From Pontiella sp. (lineage in GTDB: Bacteria; Verrucomicrobiota; Kiritimatiellia; Kiritimatiellales; Pontiellaceae): a DNA stretch of 64,000 nucleotides. The notes under the pieces are model-generated. The model saw nothing but the letters and a program-made list of their open reading frames with translations, did not search any database and was not told the DNA's origin. Position 1 is the first letter of the stretch. Each line of letters begins with the position of its first letter. This document shows, one piece after another, positions 9,387-19,008 of this stretch. The stretch is taken from the NCBI GenBank assembly GCA_050290185.1, contig JBNKHE010000007.1, positions 64,001 through 128,000 on the forward strand, read 5' to 3'. Made by a program: the position numbers and the translations under genes.

Positions 9387-11615
9387 CTAGCGCCTTCGAC
9401 GGCGTTTGCCTTGGACGCGGGGTTTGCCGGTTTTGAGATCGGGCTGGATTCGGGGCTTGCGTTGGCGGCGGGGCTGGGCGAGCTGATCGGCGAGGACAAA
9501 GTCGATGAATCCTCGGGCGGTGTCGACTTTGGCGAGCGCGACTTCCACTTTCTGTCCGATGGTAAACATGACTTTTCCTGAGCGCGTGCGCGCCTGGGTC
9601 ATCTCTTCGTTGGCTTCAAGCCAGTCGGAGGTGATGGAGGCGAAGGTGACCATGCCGCGCTGGAGCGAGTCTGGCAGTTCAACGATCATGCCCTTGCCTT
9701 TGATGGAGACGATGTAGCCTTTGAAGGTGGCCGTCAGCGATGAATTCATCAGCTCGCTGTAATATTCGACGCGTTTCTTTTCGATGCTCTTCTTTTCCAG
9801 TTCGTCGGCCTTTTGTTCTGTTTCGGTGCAGTGGCGGGCAATCTCCTCGATCTGGTCGCCGGACATGCCGAATTCGGTTTCTTTTTCGACGGCCTTAAGC
9901 AGGCGGTGTACAAGGAGGTCGGGATAGCGGCGGATGGGTGAGGTGAAGTGTGTGTAGTCGTCGAACGCGAGGCCGAAGTGGCCGATCTGTTCGGCGGCAT
10001 ATTCCGCGCGTTTGAAGCTGCGTAGGATGGCGAGGTTGGCGGTGTATTCCACTGGAGTGCCGGCGGCCATGCGAATGGCCTCGTTGATCTCCTGCCGAGT
10101 CTGGGGAAGAGCGGGAATGCCTAGCGCCTGCAGCTCCATCCCCATGGAGGTCCACTGCTCTTCGTCGGGTTCGGCATGGATGCGGTAGATGGCGGGCTTC
10201 TCGGCGGCGATCAGGATTTCGGCGACGGCGCGGTTGGCTAAGAGCATGCAATCTTCGATCAGCTGATAAGCTTCTTTCGATTCCGAACGCGGCATCATTT
10301 TTTCGACCTTGCCCTTGTTGTTGAGCTTGATCTCGATTTCGGGGGTGTTGATTTCCACCGAGCCGTTGGAAACGCGCAGGGCACGGATCTTCTGCACCAG
10401 AGGCCAGAGGTTTTCCAATCGTTGCAATACATGCGCGGGAATGCCGTGGTCGGTTTTCCCATCGATAAATTTCTGCACCTGGGTATAGGTGAGCCGGGCC
10501 TTGGAATGAATCACCGAGGGGAACGATTCATAGCCGAGAATTTCGCCATCTTCGCTGAGGTGCAGGTGGACCGAATGGGTCAGATGGTCGTTTTCGGGAT
10601 TGAGGCTGCACACTTTGGTGGTCAGCTCGCGCGGAAGCATCATGACGGCGCGGTCGACGAGATAGATGCTATTGCCGCGGCGGTAGGCTTCCTTGTCGAT
10701 CTTTGAGCCGGGAAGGACGTAGGTGGAGACGTCGGCGATATGAACGCCGAGTTCCCAGCCGCCGTCGGGATGCGGTTCGAGCGATACGGCGTCGTCGTAG
10801 TCCTTCGCGGTTTCGGGGTCGATCGTGAAGGTGACGGCGTTGCGCAGGTCGCGTCGGCCTTCCAGGCGTTCGGGGGTGACTTCGCCGGAGATATTCTCTG
10901 CTTCTGCGATGACTTCCGTCGGGAAGGCCTCCCGGATGCCTGCGTCGGCCAACAGCGAATCGATGTCGACGCCGGGCTGCGACATTTCGCCGAGGTCCTC
11001 GACAATGGTGCCCATGAGCGGGCGAAAGGGATCTTTCCAATCTTCCAGTTGAACGATCACCTTGTGATTTCCGGGAATATTCTTTGTGTCTTCGACACGG
11101 ACATCCTGCCGGAAGCCGGGGGAATCGGGGATGACGTAGGAATAGTAGGGGGTGTGTTTAAGCAAGCCGACGGTACGGTCGGTGGCACGCTCAAGCACTC
11201 GTGCGACGCGCCCTTCGGCGCGGAGATCGGTCTGTCCTCGCCGTTCACGGCGCTGGGCAGCATATTCGGAGTGGAAGACTTCGATGGCGACCTTGTCGTT
11301 GGGCAGGGCGACGCCGGTGTTGCGGTCGGAGATGTAGATCTCGGACTCGCCCTCCTGGTCGGGGATGAAGATGGCGCCGCCTTTGGCCATCATCCGGATG
11401 GTGCCGACTATTTCGTTGCCGGATTGAGGAAGCCCCCAGCGGTTTTTACGCAGGCGTGTGATCTTGCCGGCGGCTTCGAGTTCGTAGAGTTCGTGACGGA
11501 AATCGGCCCGTTTCCCTTTGCTATCCACTTTTAATGCTTTGGCGAGCTCGTGCTGCTTCATGGGGTGATAGCCCGCGGATGACATAAATTGCAAAAGTTG
11601 GGACTCGAAGCTCAT
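9387..11615 (-). CDS. rnr: Ribonuclease R
   Basis: TIDPETAKDYDDA, HIADVS, YTHFTSPIRRYPDL; S1 domain and basic tail. Confidence 0.95.
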   Translation of the reverse strand: MSFESQLLQFMSSAGYHPMKQHELAKALKVDSKGKRADFRHELYELEAAGKITRLRKNRWGLPQSGNEIVGTIRMMAKGGAIFIPDQEGESEIYISDRNTGVALPNDKVAIEVFHSEYAAQRRERRGQTDLRAEGRVARVLERATDRTVGLLKHTPYYSYVIPDSPGFRQDVRVEDTKNIPGNHKVIVQLEDWKDPFRPLMGTIVEDLGEMSQPGVDIDSLLADAGIREAFPTEVIAEAENISGEVTPERLEGRRDLRNAVTFTIDPETAKDYDDAVSLEPHPDGGWELGVHIADVSTYVLPGSKIDKEAYRRGNSIYLVDRAVMMLPRELTTKVCSLNPENDHLTHSVHLHLSEDGEILGYESFPSVIHSKARLTYTQVQKFIDGKTDHGIPAHVLQRLENLWPLVQKIRALRVSNGSVEINTPEIEIKLNNKGKVEKMMPRSESKEAYQLIEDCMLLANRAVAEILIAAEKPAIYRIHAEPDEEQWTSMGMELQALGIPALPQTRQEINEAIRMAAGTPVEYTANLAILRSFKRAEYAAEQIGHFGLAFDDYTHFTSPIRRYPDLLVHRLLKAVEKETEFGMSGDQIEEIARHCTETEQKADELEKKSIEKKRVEYYSELMNSSLTATFKGYIVSIKGKGMIVELPDSLQRGMVTFASITSDWLEANEEMTQARTRSGKVMFTIGQKVEVALAKVDTARGFIDFVLADQLAQPRRQRKPRIQPDLKTGKPRVQGKRRRRR

Positions 11616-11639
11616 ATAGGGTTCCTGTATTTAGTATGC

Positions 11640-13094
11640 ATGAAAGTAGTGTTTCTTAGTAGTGAGATTGTACCATTCGCATCGACGGGTGGTCTAGGAG
11701 ATGTTTGCGCGGCCTTGCCGAAGGTCCTGGCTAAGCAGGGTGTGGAAACAATCCGCATGATTCCGCTCTATCAGCAGATTGACCGCGAAAAGTTCAAATT
11801 GACGAAGTGCGACATTGAGTTGCATATCCCGTTGGGAAACGCCTGGTTTTATGGCACGGTCTGGCAGCAGAAGTTTGAGGGCGTCACCACCTATTTTATC
11901 CATAACGAAGAATTCTTCGAACGTTCTGGAATGTACGGCACCTTGGATCATGGCTACGCCGACAACTTTGAGCGGTTTCTGTTTTTCCAGAAAGCTGTCG
12001 TTCGACTGATCGATGAATGGAATATTCAGCCCGATATCGTGCATTGTAACGACTGGCAGACCGCGCTGATACCGATGTTGCTGTATCACGGTATCGACGG
12101 CCATTTTCGCAATGGCCAGGAGAGGACGCTCATGACCATCCATAATCTGGCCCATCATGGATGGGCCCCTGCGGAAAAATTCTACATGACGAATCTTCCG
12201 GATGCCTGTTATACGATGGAGACCCTCGAATTCTACGGCGAAATTAACATGCTCAAGGGCGGTCTGGTGGGGGCAACTGCCATCAATGCCGTAAGTCCTA
12301 CTTATGCGGACGAGATCAAGACGCCCCAGTTTGGCTGCAGGCTGAACGGTGTGCTGTACCACCGTAGACATGTGTTGCACGGTATCCTGAACGGGATCGA
12401 TTACAAGCGCTGGAATCCTGCGACGGACCAGTATATTTCTGCTCATTACTCGATCGATGATCTATCGGGAAAGATGATCTGCAAGAAAGACGTGCAAAAG
12501 GCCGCCGGATTTCAAGTGGACTCCAACGTGCCGTTACTGGGTATGATTACTCGCCTCGATCGGCAGAAGGGGATCGATATCATTGCCGACGCAATTGAAG
12601 ATATTGTAGCGACCGGCGCTCAACTGGTGATTCTTGGCACCGGGGACAGCTATTACGAGGAGGCCTGTCGTGATTGGGCCGCGCGCTGGCCGATGCAGGT
12701 TTGTGCCTGGATCGAGTTTTCGCAAGCGCTGGCTCACCAGATTGAAGCCGGGGTTGATATTTTTCTCATGCCGTCTGAATTTGAGCCGTGCGGTCAGAAC
12801 CAGATGTATAGCATGCGTTATGGCACCATTCCCTTGGTGCATGGCGTCGGTGGTCTGGAAGACTCGGTGGCCGATTATGCCGAGAAGGGTGGAACCGGCT
12901 TCAAGTTTCACGGGCATTCGCCTGAAATCTTCATGCAGTGTTTAGACCGGGCACTGAATGTGTATAGAGACGGCAGGAAATGGACCGCACTGAAGAAGCG
13001 GGCGATGAAGCAGGATTTCTCTGTCGTGCATATGGCGAAGGATTACATGGCACTGTATGAAGCGATTCTCTCAGGCAATGCAACGGTGGATTGA
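11640..13094 (+). CDS. glgA: Glycogen synthase
   Basis: STGGLGDV, HCNDWQ, MPSEFEPCG. Confidence 0.93.
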   Translation: MKVVFLSSEIVPFASTGGLGDVCAALPKVLAKQGVETIRMIPLYQQIDREKFKLTKCDIELHIPLGNAWFYGTVWQQKFEGVTTYFIHNEEFFERSGMYGTLDHGYADNFERFLFFQKAVVRLIDEWNIQPDIVHCNDWQTALIPMLLYHGIDGHFRNGQERTLMTIHNLAHHGWAPAEKFYMTNLPDACYTMETLEFYGEINMLKGGLVGATAINAVSPTYADEIKTPQFGCRLNGVLYHRRHVLHGILNGIDYKRWNPATDQYISAHYSIDDLSGKMICKKDVQKAAGFQVDSNVPLLGMITRLDRQKGIDIIADAIEDIVATGAQLVILGTGDSYYEEACRDWAARWPMQVCAWIEFSQALAHQIEAGVDIFLMPSEFEPCGQNQMYSMRYGTIPLVHGVGGLEDSVADYAEKGGTGFKFHGHSPEIFMQCLDRALNVYRDGRKWTALKKRAMKQDFSVVHMAKDYMALYEAILSGNATVD

Positions 13095-13509
13095 TAAATG
13101 GTTTAAAACCACGGCAGAAGCCTCGCACCTTCGATCAGGGAAATGGGGCGAGAAACAGGCTGTCCGCTTCCTGAAATCCAGGCACTATAAAATCCTTGGT
13201 CAACGTGTGCGGGTCGGTCGGCACGATGAGATCGATGTCGTAACTGAGCATAAGGGCGTTCTGGTTTTCGTTGAGGTCAAGACGCGGAAAAACGAGACAT
13301 ACGGACGTCCGTTTTCGGCCGTGAACAACGACAAGCGCAAACGGCTGTCTCGCGCTGCGGTCGGCTATTTGAAAAAGCGAAACCTCAAGCCCTGTTTTAT
13401 CCGCTTCGATGTGATCGAAGTCATCGGTGAGTCCGGTAGGGGGGAGCCGGAAATCCGCCACATCGAAAATGCCTTTCAGCTCGACGCGCACTACAAGCTG
13501 TGGTGGTAG
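13078..13509 (+). CDS. yraN: YraN family (UPF0102) endonuclease-like protein
   Basis: GKWGEKQA, EIDVV, FVEVKTR, RFDVI. Confidence 0.9.
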   Translation: MQRWIDKWFKTTAEASHLRSGKWGEKQAVRFLKSRHYKILGQRVRVGRHDEIDVVTEHKGVLVFVEVKTRKNETYGRPFSAVNNDKRKRLSRAAVGYLKKRNLKPCFIRFDVIEVIGESGRGEPEIRHIENAFQLDAHYKLWW

Positions 13510-13516
13510 CATCTTT

Positions 13517-16500
13517 TTATGGCATGAAGACAGGAGTGTTGGTCATTGGTTTGACCGTCAGTTCCACGTATTCATCTACCCCGCCTGTGATGGTAGGATA
13601 GAAGTTTGTGGTTGCGGGAGAGGTTATTTCAAACCGGTTTGTCGCGGTGTAGACACCAATCCCATACGGTTCAGGGCTGAGTGTGGAAAATGAAAAGCGA
13701 CCTTCCGCATCCGTTGTTGAGTTGTATCCCGTCATTGGCAGCATGGCTTGATCAGAAAGTTTTCCAATTCCAACCAATACCCCTGCAAGCGGCGATCCGG
13801 TTTTCTGGTCAATAACCTTGCCGTTGAAGACCAGTCCTTTTTCGAGGGCATAGGTCTGATCAGATCCCGGCTCAACCTTTTCCTCGATCGGTTGCCACTC
13901 GTTTCCTGGATCTATTGATATGTAGTATTCAAGATCGGGGTGGGCATTAATGCCGCTGAATTTTATCGACCCGTTTGCATCGGTGAAATACCGGGGTCTT
14001 TGCGCGCTGAAACCGTGGCGCACCCCGTTTATCACGGCGAAGGCGGAAAAACGAACAGGTATGTCTGCCGCGGGGGATCCATCCGGCATGAATACCCTTC
14101 TTGTGACTGTCTCCAGAGAAACAGGTTCCAATGTTATTTCCTGAACAGGATTCTGCTCCGTTATAGTGACCGGATCGCTGATCAGCAGGGTATTTCCAGA
14201 GTGGGCAATGATTCGGTAGGTATAATCCAATGGTAGCGAGGTGTAGGAAAAACGTCCATTCTTTGGGCGTTTGGAGCCATACCCCAGCAGTTCCATCAAT
14301 TCACGTTCTTTGCGGAAGGCCTCCTTTGCCGCCTTGGAATGATGTTCTTTCCCCTCCACGGGAGTTAGCGGCAAGATCGGTCGGATATCCAGTTTCATGT
14401 CATCCAGAGACTGCTCTCCGGAATCCAATAGGATGCCGGAAATTCCTCCTGCGGGCTTAAGCATATAACTCAGTTGATAGGGAGTATTTCCCGGTTCAAT
14501 CAGCCGTTCGTGCGCGGCCTCATAGCCTTCGGATTCCGCTAGGTATCCAGCCAGTCCCTGACCCCGGCCAAGCATCACATAGATGGGGGCGGGAAACGAA
14601 GCGCGGCCAACGCCGTTTGAGATGTCGACCTGCATCTGGCTCCATCCGGAGCTTCCGCGATCACCCGCTTCTTTGCTCTGGTAGTACGCCGTGCAGTGCC
14701 CCTGGGCCTTGGGCAGGTTGTCGGGTGTGATGAAGGTGAATTCGATGGTTCGAGAACCGTTTTTCCAGACCGGCCGATCATCATCGATATTAATGGTCAC
14801 CGTTTTTTCCGTGGCTGGATCGAACTCGAGGGTCACCTCTTTTTTTGTGCCATTTGGCTGAATGGTTATTTCGTCCCCTCGCAGCTCATAAAGTTCGAAG
14901 TACCCAACTCCATCCTTTATTTCAACAGGAGCCTTGTGGCCCTCGATCCATTGTCTTCCTCCGAACCACTTCCCGGCTTCGCCTTTGGTCGCATAGGTGT
15001 GATACGTCACGGCAAATTGGTTGTTATTCTCAACAGGTACCTTTTCGAGCCGCGAGAGGTCTCCGATGATCCGGCCCCTGATCATGACGCTTCTTTCCAC
15101 CAGGGTGAGGTTTGTGACCTTGTTGGTGGCGAAAATGTCGTCTGCCAGCAGCCGGTTGTATCCATCGCCCTTTACAGAGAGGCCATACGCGATATCGTCT
15201 TCCAACGTGTCAATCTGCAGGGCTCCGTTTTCATCAGTCGTTCCCCACAGGATTCCCGGATCCCCATAGCGCATGTTTTTCGTTTGCCTTTTTTTGGAGC
15301 GCAGGAACACCTCTGCCCCGACAACCGGTTGTCCGGTTTTTCCGGAGATCACCTTGAATTCGTGCATCAGCCCATTCTTCAGCGTAATGACCAAGGGCCG
15401 GCTCTTTTCCAGCGTGAAGGCCTGATTTTCCAGCGGCTGGAAGCCTTTGGCCTTGATGCTTATTCTTACAGGATGCTGGGAACCATCTTCGATGGAAACC
15501 ATCCCGTTCGCATCGGTGGTTTTCTTGACCGGGAAGCATAATCCCGTCCAACCGTTGCCGCCGGTCTCAACGGCATAAAACCATTGAATCTCCAGCGCAG
15601 GCAGCGGCTTCCCCTCCTCATTTACAATCTGGATCGATGAAGTAAATCCGCGTTTAAGCTCAATGTTTATGTTCTCGATATTGTGTCCATTGCGGGGATG
15701 AATGGTTTCCGAAAAAAACGGAGCATATCCGGGGACATATGAAGCAACACGTATATCCGGGCGGTTTTGCACTTCAACGCTGAACGAGAGATCATCATTG
15801 GCGCGTCCTCCGTATGAACTGGAATAGCTTTTGGATGAGACCACGGTTAAGTCAGGATGCTTTGGAATCACATCTCCTTCGGGGATAATGAATCGTCCGG
15901 ATACGGTGATTTTTACCGGGTCTTCCCTGACAGCCTGAGGGGAGAGCTTCTCCTGGAAGTCTCTACTGTATAACTCCTGCAGTTTTTCAATGCGCTCCTT
16001 CGGGGTCATGATCCTGGCCACGGCATCGACCGTGGCATCGGCGGCTTTTGAAAGTGTGAAGAGCGAGAGTGCGGCCAGCAGGGTGATTGCGGAGAGGCGG
16101 GCCCAGCCTATTTTGATGCCGGGTTTGTAGCGGGGATGGATGATGCGTTTGATGCGGTCGACCGCCGAATCGGGCCGGTTGTCGCTAAAGTGGGCGGCCA
16201 GGGGTTCGAGTGGTGGTTGATTCAATGATGCTGTACGCGCAAACTCGTCGGTCAACGCCTTGGCATACTCGATACTGCATCCGGTGGTTTCGATGCTTTC
16301 CCGATCGCAGCACGCTTCGCGTTCGATTCGGATTTGCCGACTGATCCACCATACGGCCGGATTGAAGAACAGAACGGTTTCTATGAACAATTGTGCGAGA
16401 TTCACGAGATAGTCCCACCGTCGGATATGCGTCAATTCGTGCGCGAGTATGGCTTCGATGTGTGCGGGGGGCAGGGTGGTCATCATGGACGCCGGAACCA

Positions 16501-17119
16501 GTAGCATTGGTTTTAAAAATCCGATTACCCCGGGTGTTGCCAACGTGGTGGTCGCCATCATGCTGATTTTTTGCCGGATACCCATGCGTTCGCAGAGGTT
16601 TCGGAAGGTTTCGGTCCATCGGGCGTCGGTAATTTGGATGGCTTTTCTGCGATGCCGGGCCGCTCCGCACAAGAGTGCAAACATACGCAGTAACATCAGT
16701 GCAATACCGGTTAGCCACAATATGATCAGCCCGTTGAGGTTGTTCTTTTGGGTCGGTGGACTGGTTATTTCAGGCCGATTGATGACGGAAACCGGTGATG
16801 ACGGTTCGACCGAATAGGATGCGTTTGCCGATCGAGCTACCTTCGTGACTTTCTCTATGTGTGAAGTCACACCAGAGGCAGGGGGAGTACCGGCTGGTTC
16901 CTGCCGAAGAATGGAGAAGGTGACGAGCCAGCTGAACAGGATGAAAAAGAGTGCGGCGGTGCTGAGCCAATAACGCCAGCGACATTGTGCACTGGTTAGG
17001 AATTTCAACGCGAACATCAAGAGCGCGGAAACGACGATGCCCTGCCATAGCGAATGCAGTAGCGATTCTGCCAGGAGAGCAGCCGTCGGGGAGGCGATAA
17101 AGGTGTGGATGCTAGTCAT
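13517..17119 (-). CDS. BlaR1/MecR1-type M56 peptidase with large extracellular beta-repeat region
   Basis: HELTH zinc motif, FFNPAVWW, REACCD; repeated carboxypeptidase-regulatory-like units (TTDANG, TTDENG, TDANG, TTDAEG). Confidence 0.88.
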   Translation of the reverse strand: MTSIHTFIASPTAALLAESLLHSLWQGIVVSALLMFALKFLTSAQCRWRYWLSTAALFFILFSWLVTFSILRQEPAGTPPASGVTSHIEKVTKVARSANASYSVEPSSPVSVINRPEITSPPTQKNNLNGLIILWLTGIALMLLRMFALLCGAARHRRKAIQITDARWTETFRNLCERMGIRQKISMMATTTLATPGVIGFLKPMLLVPASMMTTLPPAHIEAILAHELTHIRRWDYLVNLAQLFIETVLFFNPAVWWISRQIRIEREACCDRESIETTGCSIEYAKALTDEFARTASLNQPPLEPLAAHFSDNRPDSAVDRIKRIIHPRYKPGIKIGWARLSAITLLAALSLFTLSKAADATVDAVARIMTPKERIEKLQELYSRDFQEKLSPQAVREDPVKITVSGRFIIPEGDVIPKHPDLTVVSSKSYSSSYGGRANDDLSFSVEVQNRPDIRVASYVPGYAPFFSETIHPRNGHNIENINIELKRGFTSSIQIVNEEGKPLPALEIQWFYAVETGGNGWTGLCFPVKKTTDANGMVSIEDGSQHPVRISIKAKGFQPLENQAFTLEKSRPLVITLKNGLMHEFKVISGKTGQPVVGAEVFLRSKKRQTKNMRYGDPGILWGTTDENGALQIDTLEDDIAYGLSVKGDGYNRLLADDIFATNKVTNLTLVERSVMIRGRIIGDLSRLEKVPVENNNQFAVTYHTYATKGEAGKWFGGRQWIEGHKAPVEIKDGVGYFELYELRGDEITIQPNGTKKEVTLEFDPATEKTVTINIDDDRPVWKNGSRTIEFTFITPDNLPKAQGHCTAYYQSKEAGDRGSSGWSQMQVDISNGVGRASFPAPIYVMLGRGQGLAGYLAESEGYEAAHERLIEPGNTPYQLSYMLKPAGGISGILLDSGEQSLDDMKLDIRPILPLTPVEGKEHHSKAAKEAFRKERELMELLGYGSKRPKNGRFSYTSLPLDYTYRIIAHSGNTLLISDPVTITEQNPVQEITLEPVSLETVTRRVFMPDGSPAADIPVRFSAFAVINGVRHGFSAQRPRYFTDANGSIKFSGINAHPDLEYYISIDPGNEWQPIEEKVEPGSDQTYALEKGLVFNGKVIDQKTGSPLAGVLVGIGKLSDQAMLPMTGYNSTTDAEGRFSFSTLSPEPYGIGVYTATNRFEITSPATTNFYPTITGGVDEYVELTVKPMTNTPVFMP

Positions 17120-17502
17120 TTGTTCTTCCCTTCATCGGCAATGGCTTCGTTGATGATTCTACGCATTTCGAGCAATTCATCGGAAGATGCGTTGCTGGAT
17201 GCCAGATGCTGCACCAATCCGGAAAGCGAACCATCGAATGTGTTTTTAACAAATTGAAGGGCCAAGCTACCTAATACGGAGTCTTTTTCCCTGGTCGGCG
17301 AGTAGTGGTAGATTCCTCCGCACTTAACCCGTTGAAGAAATCCCTTTTTGTGCAGGCGTTGGACCACCGTCAGTATGGTGGTGCGCGCATAGCCCCTTTT
17401 TTCGACGAGAATTTCCGTGACCTCCGGTACGGTACATTCCTGCTTGTCCCAAATGATTTTCAGGACATCGAGTTCAAGTTGTCCCAACGATGATGTTTTC
17501 AT
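17116..17502 (-). CDS. BlaI/MecI/CopY family repressor
   Basis: LGQLELDVLKIIW, YARTTILTVVQRLHKKG; overlaps the M56 gene start (ATGA). Confidence 0.92.
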   Translation of the reverse strand: MKTSSLGQLELDVLKIIWDKQECTVPEVTEILVEKRGYARTTILTVVQRLHKKGFLQRVKCGGIYHYSPTREKDSVLGSLALQFVKNTFDGSLSGLVQHLASSNASSDELLEMRRIINEAIADEGKNK

Positions 17503-17518
17503 GGTTTCTCCTCGAAAT

Positions 17519-17553
17519 ACTACAGTTGTAGTGTTTGATACTACGCGTGTAGT
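17519..17553. promoter_or_regulatory. Tandem BlaI-type operators
   Basis: ACTACA-GT-TGTAGT (17519-17532) and ACTACG-CG-TGTAGT (17540-17553) match TACA-NN-TGTA, directly upstream of the repressor. Confidence 0.8.
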
Positions 17554-17897
17554 CTTCTGGCAACTGAGATCTTAAAAAAAATGCATAACTGCATGCATAC
17601 GTTCCAGAGGGAAAGGCGTGTGGTTTAACTCCTAGGGCCTGGAGTTGCGGGAGAAATGGGCATGGCGCGCTTGAAATCGAGTGCGAGGCGGATGCGGACC
17701 TCCATCCCAGCCATGCATCTGCCTACGCTAGAGACCTTGCATTTATGCAGGGAGATACGATGCGGATAAAAGCTATCCGCATCGGCTGCACGCGATGTCT
17801 TCCATCTCGTTGAGTGAAGCGTAGCTTGGACTTTGGCGGAGACGGGGTAAATAATGGAGCCACGGGTTTGCCCGTGGGGCTCCATGTTCTTGGTTTC

Positions 17898-18344
17898 CTA
17901 CATCGTCGGCTGAGCGGTTATTTCGCCGAAGTAAAGCTTTTCAAACTGATGGACGAGTTCATGAAGTTTTTCCACGTTGGCGTGATCGGTGGTCTGTTTG
18001 CACTTCATTGCATAGATCACCATTTCATGGAGTTTAGAGATTTTAAGGGCATAGTCGTCGCAACCAGGCTTAATGCGCTGCGCCATGAAATAGGCGGTCA
18101 CGATTTCGCTGAATTCGTCGGCTTGCTTGTCTTTGATCATGACCCATCGAACGGTCTGGTTTTGGTTTTCATTGGCCTCGATTTTCGTCATGGCCTTCTC
18201 AATGACGGATATCTGTTCTTCCATCAGCGTGATCCGCATCGGATCGTCGTAGATCCCGCACGGCATCTGGCAATGTGCCCATACGGTTGTGGTGATGGCT
18301 GCAAACAGGACCGTAATAGTAATATATATGGCTGCTTTTTTCAT
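17898..18344 (-). CDS. sodN: Nickel superoxide dismutase precursor
   Basis: Signal peptide ending VWA followed by the Ni-hook HCQMPCGIYD. Confidence 0.88.
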   Translation of the reverse strand: MKKAAIYITITVLFAAITTTVWAHCQMPCGIYDDPMRITLMEEQISVIEKAMTKIEANENQNQTVRWVMIKDKQADEFSEIVTAYFMAQRIKPGCDDYALKISKLHEMVIYAMKCKQTTDHANVEKLHELVHQFEKLYFGEITAQPTM

Positions 18345-18372
18345 GATGTACTCCTTCTGTTTATGGTTATCC

Positions 18373-18996
18373 TTACAGTGTGTTGAAGATGCGGTCCCCG
18401 GCATCACCGAGACCGGGAACGATGTAGGCATTTTTGTTGAGGCGCGAATCAATGGTGCAGCAAAAAATATCCACATCCGGGTGGGCCATGGATACCTTTT
18501 CAACGCCTTCAGGTGCCGCGATGATGCAAAGCAGGGAAATGGTTTGCGCTCCCCAGTCCTTAACCATGGCAATACCTTCGCTGGCCGACCCGCCGGTGGC
18601 CAGCATGGGATCCAGCACGAATGCGATTGGAGGCGGCGAATCGGAAAACTTGCGATAATATTCCACGGGCTGGTGCGTCGACTCGTCGCGGTAGAATCCC
18701 AGGTGCCAGACTTCGGCCTGTGGAATCATGTCCAGCACGGCATCGCACATGCCGAGGCCGGCCCGTAGTATGGGAACCAGCCCAAGCCGGCATTCGAGCT
18801 CGCTGCATTCCATGGTTTCAAGCGGGGTTTCAACAGTCCTGGAACGCAGAGGCAGAGAAGCTGTTGCTTCATAACCCAGCAACAGGCTGAGACGGCGGAC
18901 TTGATCGCGGAAGAGCTGGGGCGGGGTATTTTTATCGCGCAGCGCAGCCAGATGATGGCTGACCAGCGGATGTTTGAGTTCTACAACCCGGCCCAT
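18373..18996 (-). CDS. upp: Uracil phosphoribosyltransferase
   Basis: PILRAGLGM, DPMLATGGS, PGLGDAGDR. Confidence 0.96.
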   Translation of the reverse strand: MGRVVELKHPLVSHHLAALRDKNTPPQLFRDQVRRLSLLLGYEATASLPLRSRTVETPLETMECSELECRLGLVPILRAGLGMCDAVLDMIPQAEVWHLGFYRDESTHQPVEYYRKFSDSPPPIAFVLDPMLATGGSASEGIAMVKDWGAQTISLLCIIAAPEGVEKVSMAHPDVDIFCCTIDSRLNKNAYIVPGLGDAGDRIFNTL

Positions 18997-19008
18997 GGCG
19001 GCTCCTTC

